Positions 9,953 to 18,524 of a stretch of 61,691 bases of DNA are shown here, in pieces. The stretch's first letter is position 1, and each line of letters opens with the position of its first letter. The notes under the pieces were generated by a model. The model did no database searches. It was not told where the DNA came from and saw only the letters and a list, made by a program, of their open reading frames with translations. The translations under genes and the position numbers were made by a program. Origin of the DNA: an uncultured Methanosarcinales archaeon (GTDB lineage Archaea > Nanobdellota > Nanobdellia > Woesearchaeales > CAZPJY01); NCBI GenBank assembly GCA_964587045.1, contig CAZPJY010000001.1, positions 62,001 to 123,691 of the forward strand. The letters are read 5' to 3'.

Positions 9953-10479
9953 GGAAGCGCGGGCAGATGGAGATAATAGGCATCGCTTTGGTGGTGATTC
10001 TCGTGAGCCTAGGCCTGCTGTTCATGATATCTTTCTCCCTGCAGCGCAGGGAAAGCACCATCAAGCAGACCTACACCCACACTGAGATGGCCTCGAACGT
10101 CATCAACACGGTCCTCAACACCAAGGTGGAGTCCTGCAAGGGCATGCTCGTGGCCGAATTGCTCTCGGAATGCGCCAGGATGGGCGACGGCGCCCTGGAC
10201 TGCGAGGATGCCAGCTTCACGCCGTCAGGGGGTTACCTTTGGCACAACGACACCTGCACGAAGGCCGAGGCGGTCATAGGGTTCGTACTGAACAGCACCC
10301 TCAAGGTGTGGCAGAAGCCCCATCACATGTACACCTCAGGCCTTGACATGGATTTCATGTATGAGAACTGCGACAAGACCAACCTTGAGGAAGGGGGGTG
10401 GAGCAACGTGGAGAGCAAGACCTTCATACTTCCTCTGCATCCTGGTGTTTTAACCATCACCCTCGATATTTGCAGTTAG
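9949..10479 (+). CDS. Class III signal peptide (pilin-like) protein
   Basis: MRKRG/QMEIIGIALVVILVSLGLLF, a canonical motif; ATGA overlap with the previous gene. Confidence 0.85.
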   Translation: MRKRGQMEIIGIALVVILVSLGLLFMISFSLQRRESTIKQTYTHTEMASNVINTVLNTKVESCKGMLVAELLSECARMGDGALDCEDASFTPSGGYLWHNDTCTKAEAVIGFVLNSTLKVWQKPHHMYTSGLDMDFMYENCDKTNLEEGGWSNVESKTFILPLHPGVLTITLDICS

Positions 10480-10515
10480 AAGGCATTTATCTATTAGTAT
10501 ATAATTTCCGCAACA

Positions 10516-10523
10516 TTTAAATA
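10516..10523 (+). promoter_or_regulatory. Putative TATA box for the small-pilin unit
   Basis: TTTAAATA in the AT-rich intergenic gap; AGAGGTGA ribosome-binding site before ATG 10577. Confidence 0.55.
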
Positions 10524-10576
10524 CTACCTCTCTCATTAATGGACTTAGAATCACGCTGATAAAGAGGTGAATCTCG

Positions 10577-10819
10577 ATGAGGAAGAAGGGCCAAGGAATC
10601 TCCATGAATGTGATTATCATCGCAGCAATAGCACTTCTGGTTCTCGTCGTCCTCTCCATCATCTTCATGGGTAGGATGGGCCAATGGGGTGCCGACGTCG
10701 ATAGCTGTGTCACTAAAGGAGGAACATGCTTGTCTGCTTGCGATGCCGCAACTCAGACCCCGTACCCGCTCTGGAGCTGCGACGAAGGGCTGACCTGTTG
10801 CGTTGCGAAAGTAACATAA
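10577..10819 (+). CDS. Small pilin-like protein with six-Cys C-terminal domain (candidate major pilin)
   Basis: MRKKG/QGISMNVIIIAAIALLVLVVL followed by C-x6-C-x3-C-x12-C-x5-CC. Confidence 0.85.
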   Translation: MRKKGQGISMNVIIIAAIALLVLVVLSIIFMGRMGQWGADVDSCVTKGGTCLSACDAATQTPYPLWSCDEGLTCCVAKVT

Positions 10820-10825
10820 ACGAGG

Positions 10826-10833
10826 TTTTTTTT
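10826..10833 (+). terminator. Possible oligo-T terminator after the first small pilin
   Basis: T run directly after stop 10819. Confidence 0.35.
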
Positions 10834-10834
10834 C

Positions 10835-11116
10835 ATGTTTTATAAAAAGGGCGTCTCAATATCGATGAATACTCTCATCATAGCTGCGATTGCCCTCATT
10901 GTTCTCATTGTCCTGATTGCGATCTTCGTGACTCGCGCTGGGGTATTCTCTTCTGAATATGACAGCACTACGGGCCAGGTGCTGGGCTCTACATGCTATG
11001 GGCATGGCGGGAGGTGTGCGGCCTCAGACGCTACATGCACGATTGTCGATTACCCGCCTGGCGTTTCCACTTGGACGGATTGCGGGTCTGGTCAAATATG
11101 CTGCAGCCTAATCTGA
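10835..11116 (+). CDS. Small pilin-like protein with six-Cys domain
   Basis: YKKG/VSISMNTLIIAAIALIVLIVL; C-x6-C-x6-C-x14-C-x5-CC. Confidence 0.85.
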   Translation: MFYKKGVSISMNTLIIAAIALIVLIVLIAIFVTRAGVFSSEYDSTTGQVLGSTCYGHGGRCAASDATCTIVDYPPGVSTWTDCGSGQICCSLI

Positions 11117-11349
11117 GAAGAGGCATCTCAATATCGATGAACACCCTAGTGATAGCAGCTTTGGCCCTGATCGTTCTCATAATCCTGATTGCAATCTTCA
11201 CAGGCAAGATATCGCTGTTCTCAAACACGGCTTCGAGCTGCACCGCGAACGGTGGCAGGTGCACCGCAGAGCCGTGCAACCAAAATGAGGTGCTCTATCT
11301 GGGCCAGATGTGCCCCAACTCTGAGGAGCGCTGCTGTCACGAGTTGTAG
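11098..11349 (+). CDS. Small pilin-like protein with six-Cys domain
   Basis: Start re-called at ATG 11098; LRRG/ISISMNTLVIAALALIVLIIL; C-x6-C-x4-C-x11-C-x6-CC. Confidence 0.8.
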   Translation: MLQPNLRRGISISMNTLVIAALALIVLIILIAIFTGKISLFSNTASSCTANGGRCTAEPCNQNEVLYLGQMCPNSEERCCHEL

Positions 11350-11355
11350 CGAAAC

Positions 11356-11363
11356 ATATAAAT
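11356..11363 (+). promoter_or_regulatory. Putative TATA box, leaderless transcript
   Basis: ATATAAAT about 25 nt upstream of ATG 11388. Confidence 0.45.
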
Positions 11364-11387
11364 AGGCTTCTCGCCGGTATTCTGCTT

Positions 11388-11498
11388 ATGAACAGGAAGG
11401 CCATGCAGCTCGAGCATATCATCGTTCTGTCCATAACCCTCCTCGCCATGGGATTCATAGGCTTCATCATCCTGCGGTCCATGGGGGTGCTGGGCTGA
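11388..11498 (+). CDS. 36-aa micro-pilin-like peptide (not in the ORF track)
   Basis: Translated by hand: MNRKA/MQLEHIIVLSITLLAMGFIGFIILRSMGVLG; TGATG coupling to the next gene; TATA upstream. Confidence 0.75.
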   Translation: MNRKAMQLEHIIVLSITLLAMGFIGFIILRSMGVLG

Positions 11499-12508
11499 TG
11501 CTTCGGAAGGACGCACAGAGCCACCTGCAGTGGGGCATCATAATTATTGTCACCTTCTTCATACTCACTTTCCTGACCATAGGCATCCTCCACCACCTGG
11601 GCTCGGTCTCTGAGAGGGAGGTTTGCCGTTTGAGCATAGTCGCAGCGAGCAACATCCAGGGTGTGACGGGCGACCCGCTCCTCAGCCTTGAGTGCGAGCC
11701 AATGGACCGGGAGATTAAGTTTGAGGAGGTCAGTAAAAAAGAGGGTGTCAGGTGGGTGCTTGACGAGGACAAGCTAAAAGGGGAGGTAGCACGGGAGATT
11801 TACAACTGCGCCTACATGGTCAATTATAGAAAGATGGGAAATGATGAGGATCCCTACTCACGTTTTGGAGGCGACAACAAGTATTGCTTGCTGTGCGGTG
11901 AAATCACCTTTGACGATAAGATAAAACAGGCTTTAAACGGTGGGACGATAGACAAGATGACTACATGGATGGCCACTCATCACCTGCCTGACGAGAAGGA
12001 TTCGTTCTTCAAGCTGACCTACGGCTTTGATCCGACGCCTGAGCAGTTGCAAAAGTTGGAATCTGCTGACCATGCGAAAATCAATCCCAATATCCCATAC
12101 ACCGTATTTTGGCGTTTGGACAAGGATGCCCAGAGCTGGGGCCAGCTCATTACAACCATAGGGATAGGTATCGGAGCTGCGGTAGCTGTCACAGCAGTTG
12201 TTGCATGCATAGCGGCGACGGTAGGTGCTTGCGCAGGATTTGTCATCACAGCAGGGGCTGCAGCGAGTAGCACTACCTTGACGCTTGTGGCGACAGGTCT
12301 TGCAGCAAGTGCTTCGACCATAGGTAACACGGCAGGCATCCTGATATTTACTGGTTCATACAGGACATTTATGGAGGGTGATACGGGTTCCATATCCTCT
12401 GACATAATCCTCGCTCCAACGGCCGCGATCACTGGCAAGTTCCCTGACGACGAGGAGCAGTACGGCAAGCTGGCAGATGAGTATCTGTGCGAGATAGTGG
12501 TGAACTAG
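11498..12508 (+). CDS. Pilin-like protein with Cys-containing domain and long Gly/Ala hydrophobic segment
   Basis: RKDA/QSHLQWGIIIIVTFFIL (atypical class III motif); paralog of the next gene (YCLLCGEITF vs FCVICYEIDF). Confidence 0.7.
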   Translation: MLRKDAQSHLQWGIIIIVTFFILTFLTIGILHHLGSVSEREVCRLSIVAASNIQGVTGDPLLSLECEPMDREIKFEEVSKKEGVRWVLDEDKLKGEVAREIYNCAYMVNYRKMGNDEDPYSRFGGDNKYCLLCGEITFDDKIKQALNGGTIDKMTTWMATHHLPDEKDSFFKLTYGFDPTPEQLQKLESADHAKINPNIPYTVFWRLDKDAQSWGQLITTIGIGIGAAVAVTAVVACIAATVGACAGFVITAGAAASSTTLTLVATGLAASASTIGNTAGILIFTGSYRTFMEGDTGSISSDIILAPTAAITGKFPDDEEQYGKLADEYLCEIVVN

Positions 12509-13357
12509 ATGAACCGCAAAGGATTCTCTGAGAGCGTCCTTAAGGGCATGGTGCTGGCCCTGATAATATTCGTCATCCTCCTGCTCCTGTACCACACGAT
12601 CTTTGATTTCACCAGCGCCTATGTCTCACACATGGAGTGCAAGGAGAGCGTCAAAGCCGCCGCAGCCCTCAGGTTCAAGGGAACGAGCCTCATGGACAAT
12701 GTCAAATGCCCGACGACCTATGAGAGGATAACCTCAAGCAAGCCTGATGAAATCAAGATGGAGCTGGCCAAGTACATGTTCATGTGCGGCAGCACTTTCT
12801 ACGATGAAGAAGGCAAGATTATGGACATCTTCATGAACGAGGACGAACGCTTCTGCGTGATATGCTACGAGATCGATTTTTCCCATGAGGGTGTTGAGCT
12901 TACTGACATGGGGCGTTTTTTCATGGAGACAAACATCCCTAAAAAGCTGAATCCAGGCAGTGAGCCCGTCACTTTCGGGTCATATTTCCTTCCTCCCGGG
13001 ACTGAAGAGAGGGACATATACTTCCCCCCGACCTCTGATCAGCTAACCACGGACCACCCACTCGGGATCGTGTTCATACTGGACAAGGATGCGCATCTGA
13101 GCCTTCTCAGGAGATTCGCCACATTCGCGGGGATAGGTGGGGGCACAGCTGCAGCGGCTTTGGTGGTGGGAAGAGTAGTGACCCAAGCCCCAGTACCCCT
13201 TCCTGTGAGTGCGTTCATTTTCGGATCGGCACTGGCTGCAGGGGCTGCATCCATACCATCCTACGAGGATGCCGACCTCTGGGCGACCATCGTCGCATGG
13301 CCGTATTCTGAGATAGGGCAGCTCAACTGCACATATATGCCATCAGAGCAGAGCTAA
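12509..13357 (+). CDS. Pilin-like protein, paralog of 11498-12508
   Basis: MNRKG/FSESVLKGMVLALIIFVILL; shared Cys spacing and LDKDA motif; hydrophobic GIGGGTAAAAL...ALAAGAA segment. Confidence 0.75.
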   Translation: MNRKGFSESVLKGMVLALIIFVILLLLYHTIFDFTSAYVSHMECKESVKAAAALRFKGTSLMDNVKCPTTYERITSSKPDEIKMELAKYMFMCGSTFYDEEGKIMDIFMNEDERFCVICYEIDFSHEGVELTDMGRFFMETNIPKKLNPGSEPVTFGSYFLPPGTEERDIYFPPTSDQLTTDHPLGIVFILDKDAHLSLLRRFATFAGIGGGTAAAALVVGRVVTQAPVPLPVSAFIFGSALAAGAASIPSYEDADLWATIVAWPYSEIGQLNCTYMPSEQS

Positions 13358-13367
13358 ATCAAAAATC

Positions 13368-13375
13368 TTATAAAA
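13368..13375 (+). promoter_or_regulatory. Putative TATA box, leaderless transcript
   Basis: TTATAAAA preceded by an A-rich BRE-like run, about 23 nt before ATG 13398. Confidence 0.5.
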
Positions 13376-13397
13376 CCCTCTTGCTGTAATCCTAGGC

Positions 13398-13553
13398 ATG
13401 GACAGCAAAGGGCAGCTTACCGAGCAGCTTGGGAAATGGATTCTCATGATAATCGTCCTGATGGTCATTCTTATAATCATAGGACTGCTGAGAGGCAACA
13501 TGTCCAACCAATGGGAGGCTCTCAAGAACCTGCTCAGCTTCGGTGGGGGATAG
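13398..13553 (+). CDS. 51-aa micro-pilin-like protein (not in the ORF track)
   Basis: Translated by hand: MDSKG/QLTEQLGKWILMIIVLMVILIIIGLLRGNMSNQWEALKNLLSFGGG; next gene starts 1 nt after the stop. Confidence 0.8.
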   Translation: MDSKGQLTEQLGKWILMIIVLMVILIIIGLLRGNMSNQWEALKNLLSFGGG

Positions 13554-13554
13554 C

Positions 13555-14160
13555 ATGACTGGCAAGTACCTGCTGGCACTGATAGTGATGGCTGTGGTGC
13601 TCGTGATAGCGGGCGTCATCAACACCGCACCCTTTGTCAAGATATTCCGCACCGCATTCCCCGAGCTGAGCCCTTACGACTATGATGAGATCTCCGATAA
13701 CTTCATAAGCATAATAGAGACTCAGCCTGAAGAGGTCGCAATATTCCCGTACGCGGTTGATGACTGGTACGGCATCGACCAGGACATCGACTGTGAATAC
13801 GGCGAGTGCACCGTTATAATATACTTCGACAAGCAGGTAGACGAGACCAAAGTGAACCAGGTCATGAAGATATACAAGGAGGCCGACGGATGCGCTGGAG
13901 GGACCGATGAGGAGTCAGACTTCACGCTGGTCCACCCAAGGGACTTGAAGGTGAAGAACGAGAAGGGGGGCATACTGTCGAACATAGAGCTGACCTTCCC
14001 TGAAGAGTGCACTGGAGCCACCTTCTTCGGAAGGCCTGGGGCCAAGGACTACATCATCAGGTTCGATCCCAACCTCCCGTTCAGCAAGCCTGAGGTCTCG
14101 GAATCGCAGTCTCTGCCCATCAACAAGGACACAGCCTTGGTCAAGTTCAGCATAGGGTGA
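13555..14160 (+). CDS. Membrane-anchored/secreted hypothetical protein (Ig-like)
   Basis: ATG 13555; N-terminal hydrophobic helix without a class III motif; acidic beta-rich body. Confidence 0.65.
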   Translation: MTGKYLLALIVMAVVLVIAGVINTAPFVKIFRTAFPELSPYDYDEISDNFISIIETQPEEVAIFPYAVDDWYGIDQDIDCEYGECTVIIYFDKQVDETKVNQVMKIYKEADGCAGGTDEESDFTLVHPRDLKVKNEKGGILSNIELTFPEECTGATFFGRPGAKDYIIRFDPNLPFSKPEVSESQSLPINKDTALVKFSIG

Positions 14161-14164
14161 TCAC

Positions 14165-14419
14165 ATGAAGAAGGCCGACATGACACTATCCACCATCGTA
14201 AAGGCGATTCTCGTCCTCATAGTCCTGGGGATACTCATCTTCATACTTGCAAGATACACAGGCATATTCAAAGGCGGCATCGAGCAGCCCTGCGAGCCTC
14301 CGGGCAGCTGCCAGTCCACCTGCCTGGGCTACCAGACTCCGGAAGGCGAGATGACGGTCCAGACCCCGAGCAACTGCCAAAACGGCGTCTGCTGCATGCC
14401 TGTCTCAGAGGTGAGCTGA
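14165..14419 (+). CDS. Small pilin-like protein with six-Cys domain
   Basis: MKKA/DMTLSTIVKAILVLIVLGILIF; C-x5-C-x3-C-x17-C-x4-CC. Confidence 0.8.
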   Translation: MKKADMTLSTIVKAILVLIVLGILIFILARYTGIFKGGIEQPCEPPGSCQSTCLGYQTPEGEMTVQTPSNCQNGVCCMPVSEVS

Positions 14420-14420
14420 G

Positions 14421-14699
14421 ATGAGGAGATCCGAGATGACTCTCTCTACCGTTGTCAAGATGGTGCTAATACTGGTGGTGCTGGCCATCCTCCTGTTCTT
14501 ATCGTACAGGTACCTGCTAAAGGGCACGCAGGACCAGCTCAATCCCATCGAGCGCCTCACCTCAGCCAGGTCGTGCTGCGTCAGGCACTGCATGGGAGAG
14601 GTTGAGCCGACAGAATGCGGCCCACTGATAGGCTCGAACGGCGAATACAACTGCAACTGCGCGAACGGCGACGTCGAGAAGAGAGTGGTAAAGCCATGA
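14421..14699 (+). CDS. Small pilin-like Cys-rich protein
   Basis: MRRS/EMTLSTVVKMVLILVVLAILLF, paralogous N-terminus to the previous gene; six Cys in a different order (CC first). Confidence 0.75.
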   Translation: MRRSEMTLSTVVKMVLILVVLAILLFLSYRYLLKGTQDQLNPIERLTSARSCCVRHCMGEVEPTECGPLIGSNGEYNCNCANGDVEKRVVKP

Positions 14700-15322
14700 T
14701 CCGCTCCAAGAGGGCATTCAGGCTTTCCCTTACAGAGACCATCGGTCTCGTGCTCGTCGCGCTGATAATCGTCTTCACACTGGGTTTTTGGACCAAGCTG
14801 TACGGCATATTCTACGGATCAGAGCTCGACGAGTACTCAGAGGCCAGCTTCAACCGCTTAACTACTAAGGTCCAGGAGATGGTCAGCAATCCTGACGAGA
14901 ACATAAACGAGGTCACTTTGGTCTACTACATCAAGAACGGCCTCTCCCTGCGGGGCTTCAGCGCCGAGGAGAACGTGATCAGGGACACCTGCCTTTCCAA
15001 CGAGGACTTCCACAAGCCTTCCCTCTGCGGCGCTTCGAAGGGCTGCTTTTGCATCTGCGACGAGGAGGAGACGGTGTGCAAGGACGACTTCCGCTGCGTG
15101 GCCATCGACGGCGTCACCAAGATATCAGGGTACAACGTTGACTACAACCTAGGGGACGCCAGGAGCGGCACCACAGGGACCAACTACCTCATAATATACG
15201 GGGACTGCGACGGCGGGGGAGGCGGGCCCTTCCAGACCCGGACCCTGAAGGTCACAAGGATAAAGGACAGGGAAGACCCGGACAAGTACGAGCTGGTTGT
15301 GGAGGCTTCCCCCCTCGAGTGA
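14696..15322 (+). CDS. Class III signal peptide (pilin-like) Cys-rich protein
   Basis: Start re-called at ATG 14696 (ATGA overlap); SKRA/FRLSLTETIGLVLVALIIVF; CFCIC motif. Confidence 0.75.
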   Translation: MIRSKRAFRLSLTETIGLVLVALIIVFTLGFWTKLYGIFYGSELDEYSEASFNRLTTKVQEMVSNPDENINEVTLVYYIKNGLSLRGFSAEENVIRDTCLSNEDFHKPSLCGASKGCFCICDEEETVCKDDFRCVAIDGVTKISGYNVDYNLGDARSGTTGTNYLIIYGDCDGGGGGPFQTRTLKVTRIKDREDPDKYELVVEASPLE

Positions 15323-15366
15323 TTACCGAAAGTAATTTATAGGCTCCCCACCTTTTTTTATAGTCG

Positions 15367-16395
15367 ATGAGGGGCAAGAGAGGCAATATCCTAAATGAAA
15401 TGTTCTTCTCCATATTCCAGCTAGTCATCCTTGCATTCATTCTCATCGGACTGAAGGTCTGGGTAGACAACGTAGTGAGCGACGAGACGTTCGAGAGGAA
15501 CTTCATGGCACGGGACGTCGCATTGCTGATCGACACCGTTTACACGGCTCCGGGGAACGTCGAGGTGGACTACCCACAGAACACGCGCCACCTCAACTTC
15601 ACCTTCGAGCCCAACCTGGTGAGGATCACCCATCCTGACGAGACGGCGTCGGTGCCTCCTGCGGTGTACCCGTTCGCCGAGGACCTGGCGGTGCCCTTCG
15701 CCTACTCCTCAGTGGCTCCGGAAAGGCTTACGAACGACGAGCTGGGACCATCGGTCAAGCTGATGGCAAGCAAGATCAACAACCGCGTGGCCGTGAGCGA
15801 CAAGCCGGTCTCCCTCACGTCCAGGGCCTCCAAGCTCGTGTGCCTGCAGGCGTCCACCCGCGACCCGAACTGGCATAGCAAGGAGGTCTACTACGACCCG
15901 GGGCACGGTGAGGGCAGCGGGATAAACAGGGAGGCCCAGTTCGCCAGGCTGGTAGGGCTCGAGCTCCAGAACGAGATCCCTGGCATCAGGAGCACCAAGG
16001 GCAGCTTCATAACCCAGGCCGACACGCCGCTTGAGAGGAGGCTAGACGCGATAAAGCATGCTGCTCTGGTGGTGAGCGTCCACCAAAACGACGGAGGCGA
16101 GAACACGAACGTGATATTAGCGTACATACCTCCGCTGTCGCTGGAGAGCCAGAAGCTGGGATGCCTGATCCTCAACAGCATCCTGGACGAGCTGCCTGAT
16201 GAGTTCTCGAGGGCTGACCTGATACCGGCCGATGACATACCGCCAGATGACCCTATGCAGATCATCGACACAGGGATACCGTCGGTGCTGCTCGAGGTAG
16301 GCAACGCCAACAGGGACACCTTGCCCGACGCTGCGGCTGTAGCTGCCGGCATCGGCAGGGGGGTCTCGGCATACTTTGGGGTGACTGCACGTTGA
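15367..16395 (+). CDS. Pilin-like protein fused to N-acetylmuramoyl-L-alanine amidase (Amidase_3) domain
   Basis: GKRG/NILNEMFFSIFQLVILAF N-terminus; amidase motifs YYDPGHG, RE, TPLERR, VSVHQND and PSVLLEVGN (His/Glu/His Zn ligands plus catalytic Glu). Confidence 0.8.
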   Translation: MRGKRGNILNEMFFSIFQLVILAFILIGLKVWVDNVVSDETFERNFMARDVALLIDTVYTAPGNVEVDYPQNTRHLNFTFEPNLVRITHPDETASVPPAVYPFAEDLAVPFAYSSVAPERLTNDELGPSVKLMASKINNRVAVSDKPVSLTSRASKLVCLQASTRDPNWHSKEVYYDPGHGEGSGINREAQFARLVGLELQNEIPGIRSTKGSFITQADTPLERRLDAIKHAALVVSVHQNDGGENTNVILAYIPPLSLESQKLGCLILNSILDELPDEFSRADLIPADDIPPDDPMQIIDTGIPSVLLEVGNANRDTLPDAAAVAAGIGRGVSAYFGVTAR

Positions 16396-16898
16396 AGCGG
16401 GGCATGATGTCATTCAACATCGTTTCGTGGGTGCTCAGGATACTCTTCGTGCTGGCCGGACTGCTGGCTGTCGTGCTCCTGGTCCGCATGTACCAGATTG
16501 ATTCCGTGGACATCAAGGACATACACGCGGAGATCGTCAAGAACCGCGTACTCTACGCCCCCTCGGGCGTGATGCACGCAGACATGGAGACAGGCCGCTC
16601 GTACCCGGGCCTGCTTGACCCAGCCAGGTTCAACGACTCGGTCCTGTCAGGCACCATCAACTACGGCACCAAGAGCAGAACGCTCTCTGCCAAGCTGTAC
16701 TACAGCGACAATCAGGGAGTCCTGAGGGAGGCTTACACGAACAAGACCTGGTACCGCCGCTGGGAGCCAGCGGTCGGCGTTGCCGGGCCCGGCGGGGCGG
16801 TCGAATACATGTACAGGCTGCCTGTTGTGGTGCTCAACGAAACCAGCGGGGATTACCCAACAACGCTGTACATCAGTGTCATAATACCGAACAGCTGA
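16392..16898 (+). CDS. Class III signal peptide (pilin-like) protein
   Basis: MKRG/MMSFNIVSWVLRILFVLAGLLAVVLL; TTG start overlapping the previous stop. Confidence 0.75.
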   Translation: MKRGMMSFNIVSWVLRILFVLAGLLAVVLLVRMYQIDSVDIKDIHAEIVKNRVLYAPSGVMHADMETGRSYPGLLDPARFNDSVLSGTINYGTKSRTLSAKLYYSDNQGVLREAYTNKTWYRRWEPAVGVAGPGGAVEYMYRLPVVVLNETSGDYPTTLYISVIIPNS

Positions 16899-16900
16899 AA

Positions 16901-17443
16901 ATGAGAGGAAAGAAAGGATTCATATCTGACGCGATGGCGGATTTCTTCGCCTACCTGCTCTTTTTTGTAGTGGTGCTGCTGTTCTTCTTCCTTTTCAAGT
17001 ACGAATCCAACAACATCACCAACGAGGTCTCGCCTGAGATCACCACCACGGACTACAGCTACTACCTCACCAGCATGATGTACCTTCCTGTGGAGGAGGA
17101 CGTCGACTTAGACGGCACTCCTGAAAGGATGCAGCTGGGCGAGTTCCTGTCATACTACTACATCTACCCGGAGAGGTACAAGGACCGGGTCGAGCAGATC
17201 ATAACGGAATACATCGGGGCGAGGTCCGGAACAGAGCTGTCATGGGACGTTATTATCTCAGCTCCCGATAGGGACACGCTCAGGATCACGAGCAACAACA
17301 TCGTCCAGGACCTGATCCTCGAGCCGGGAGAGGTGTTCGGAGACCAGGAGATGATCGTGCCTCTCATAGCAAATCATGGTGTGATGAGCGTGAGAATCAA
17401 GCTGTATACCCTCGAGCTGGTGACGCCAGGGGTGATATTATGA
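16901..17443 (+). CDS. Class III signal peptide (pilin-like) protein
   Basis: MRGKKG/FISDAMADFFAYLLFFVVVLLFFFLF. Confidence 0.75.
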   Translation: MRGKKGFISDAMADFFAYLLFFVVVLLFFFLFKYESNNITNEVSPEITTTDYSYYLTSMMYLPVEEDVDLDGTPERMQLGEFLSYYYIYPERYKDRVEQIITEYIGARSGTELSWDVIISAPDRDTLRITSNNIVQDLILEPGEVFGDQEMIVPLIANHGVMSVRIKLYTLELVTPGVIL

Positions 17444-18524
17444 ACAGGAAAGGCTCATTCTTCAATNNNNNNNNNNCTTCGTGATAATCATAACTAGCAT
17501 ACTCATCTTTGCGTATGTCAGCCTGACCAGCAAGTACAAGATGTACGGCGAAGACGGCGAGCAGCGCCTTATCGGGGACCTGCAGTTCAGGGTGCTGTCC
17601 AGCTATCAGGAAGGGGAGAAGGCGCTGCAGTACGTTGACCGCTCAGCCGGGTTCGCAGCACTCCAGGCGGCCTACACGCTGGGCCAGGACGGCGGTTTCT
17701 TCCTGCCAGACTCGGGGACTGACCACAATCCGTGGGACATGTCAGACTGCGGGGAGTACGGGAGCTACAACTTCTGGAACAACAAGTCGGCCGACTGCTA
17801 CCCAGAAGACTTCAAGTCCAGCTACGTAAAAGACCTGGACAGGGAGCTGAACAGCTACATCTCTTTGTACTCTGCGGCCCTGATCCCGGTAAACAACTAC
17901 GTATATCTGGTGTCTGACAACGGCAGCGCAATCAACCTGACAGGGATCGCGCTCAGGCCGATCGACATCAACATAGGAAAGCAGATCCTCTTTGCCACTT
18001 CGCTGATACACGGGGAGGGAATCTTCATATGGCCAGTCGACGATTCATCACCCCTCCACAAGCTGATCACCTCTTGCTTCGGGCTGCGCAACTGCGTGCG
18101 CTGCGACGACCAGACCCACGACGCCGTCGACATCGACGGGACCACCGGCGATCTGATACTCGCTGCGGCGGATGGGGTCGTCACCCGTGTCGGGGGCACG
18201 TACAACCTCGTTGCCCTCGAGCACGCGGACGGCTACGAGACCTACTACCTGCACAACAACAAGCTGGAGGTTGAGGTCGGCGACGAGGTCAAGCAGGGCC
18301 AGGTCATCGCCAGGATGGGCGGCTGGGGGAGGACCGGCCCCAACCACTACGGCGACCACCTGCATTTCGGCATCAAGAAGGACGGGCAGTGGCTCGACCC
18401 GCTGGACCCGAGGTACGGCTTCTACGACATCGAGAAGCTGGGCCTGACATTTTCGCATGACGCGAACTGCTGCTACGCCCCAGAGCAATACCAGTACTCG
18501 GACCTAATGACGTGCTTGACATGA
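17440..18524 (+). CDS. Pilin-like protein fused to M23 family Zn endopeptidase; spans an assembly gap
   Basis: True start ATG 17440 (MNRKG/SFFN, GGGGTGA RBS, ATGA overlap), then a 10-N gap. M23 motifs WP, HDAVDI (HxxxD), AAADGVV, YYLH, VKQGQVIA and HLHF (HxH). Confidence 0.85.
17467..17476. other. Assembly gap (10 N)
   Basis: N run inside the hydrophobic segment of the M23 gene; the true length is unknown. Confidence 0.95.
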
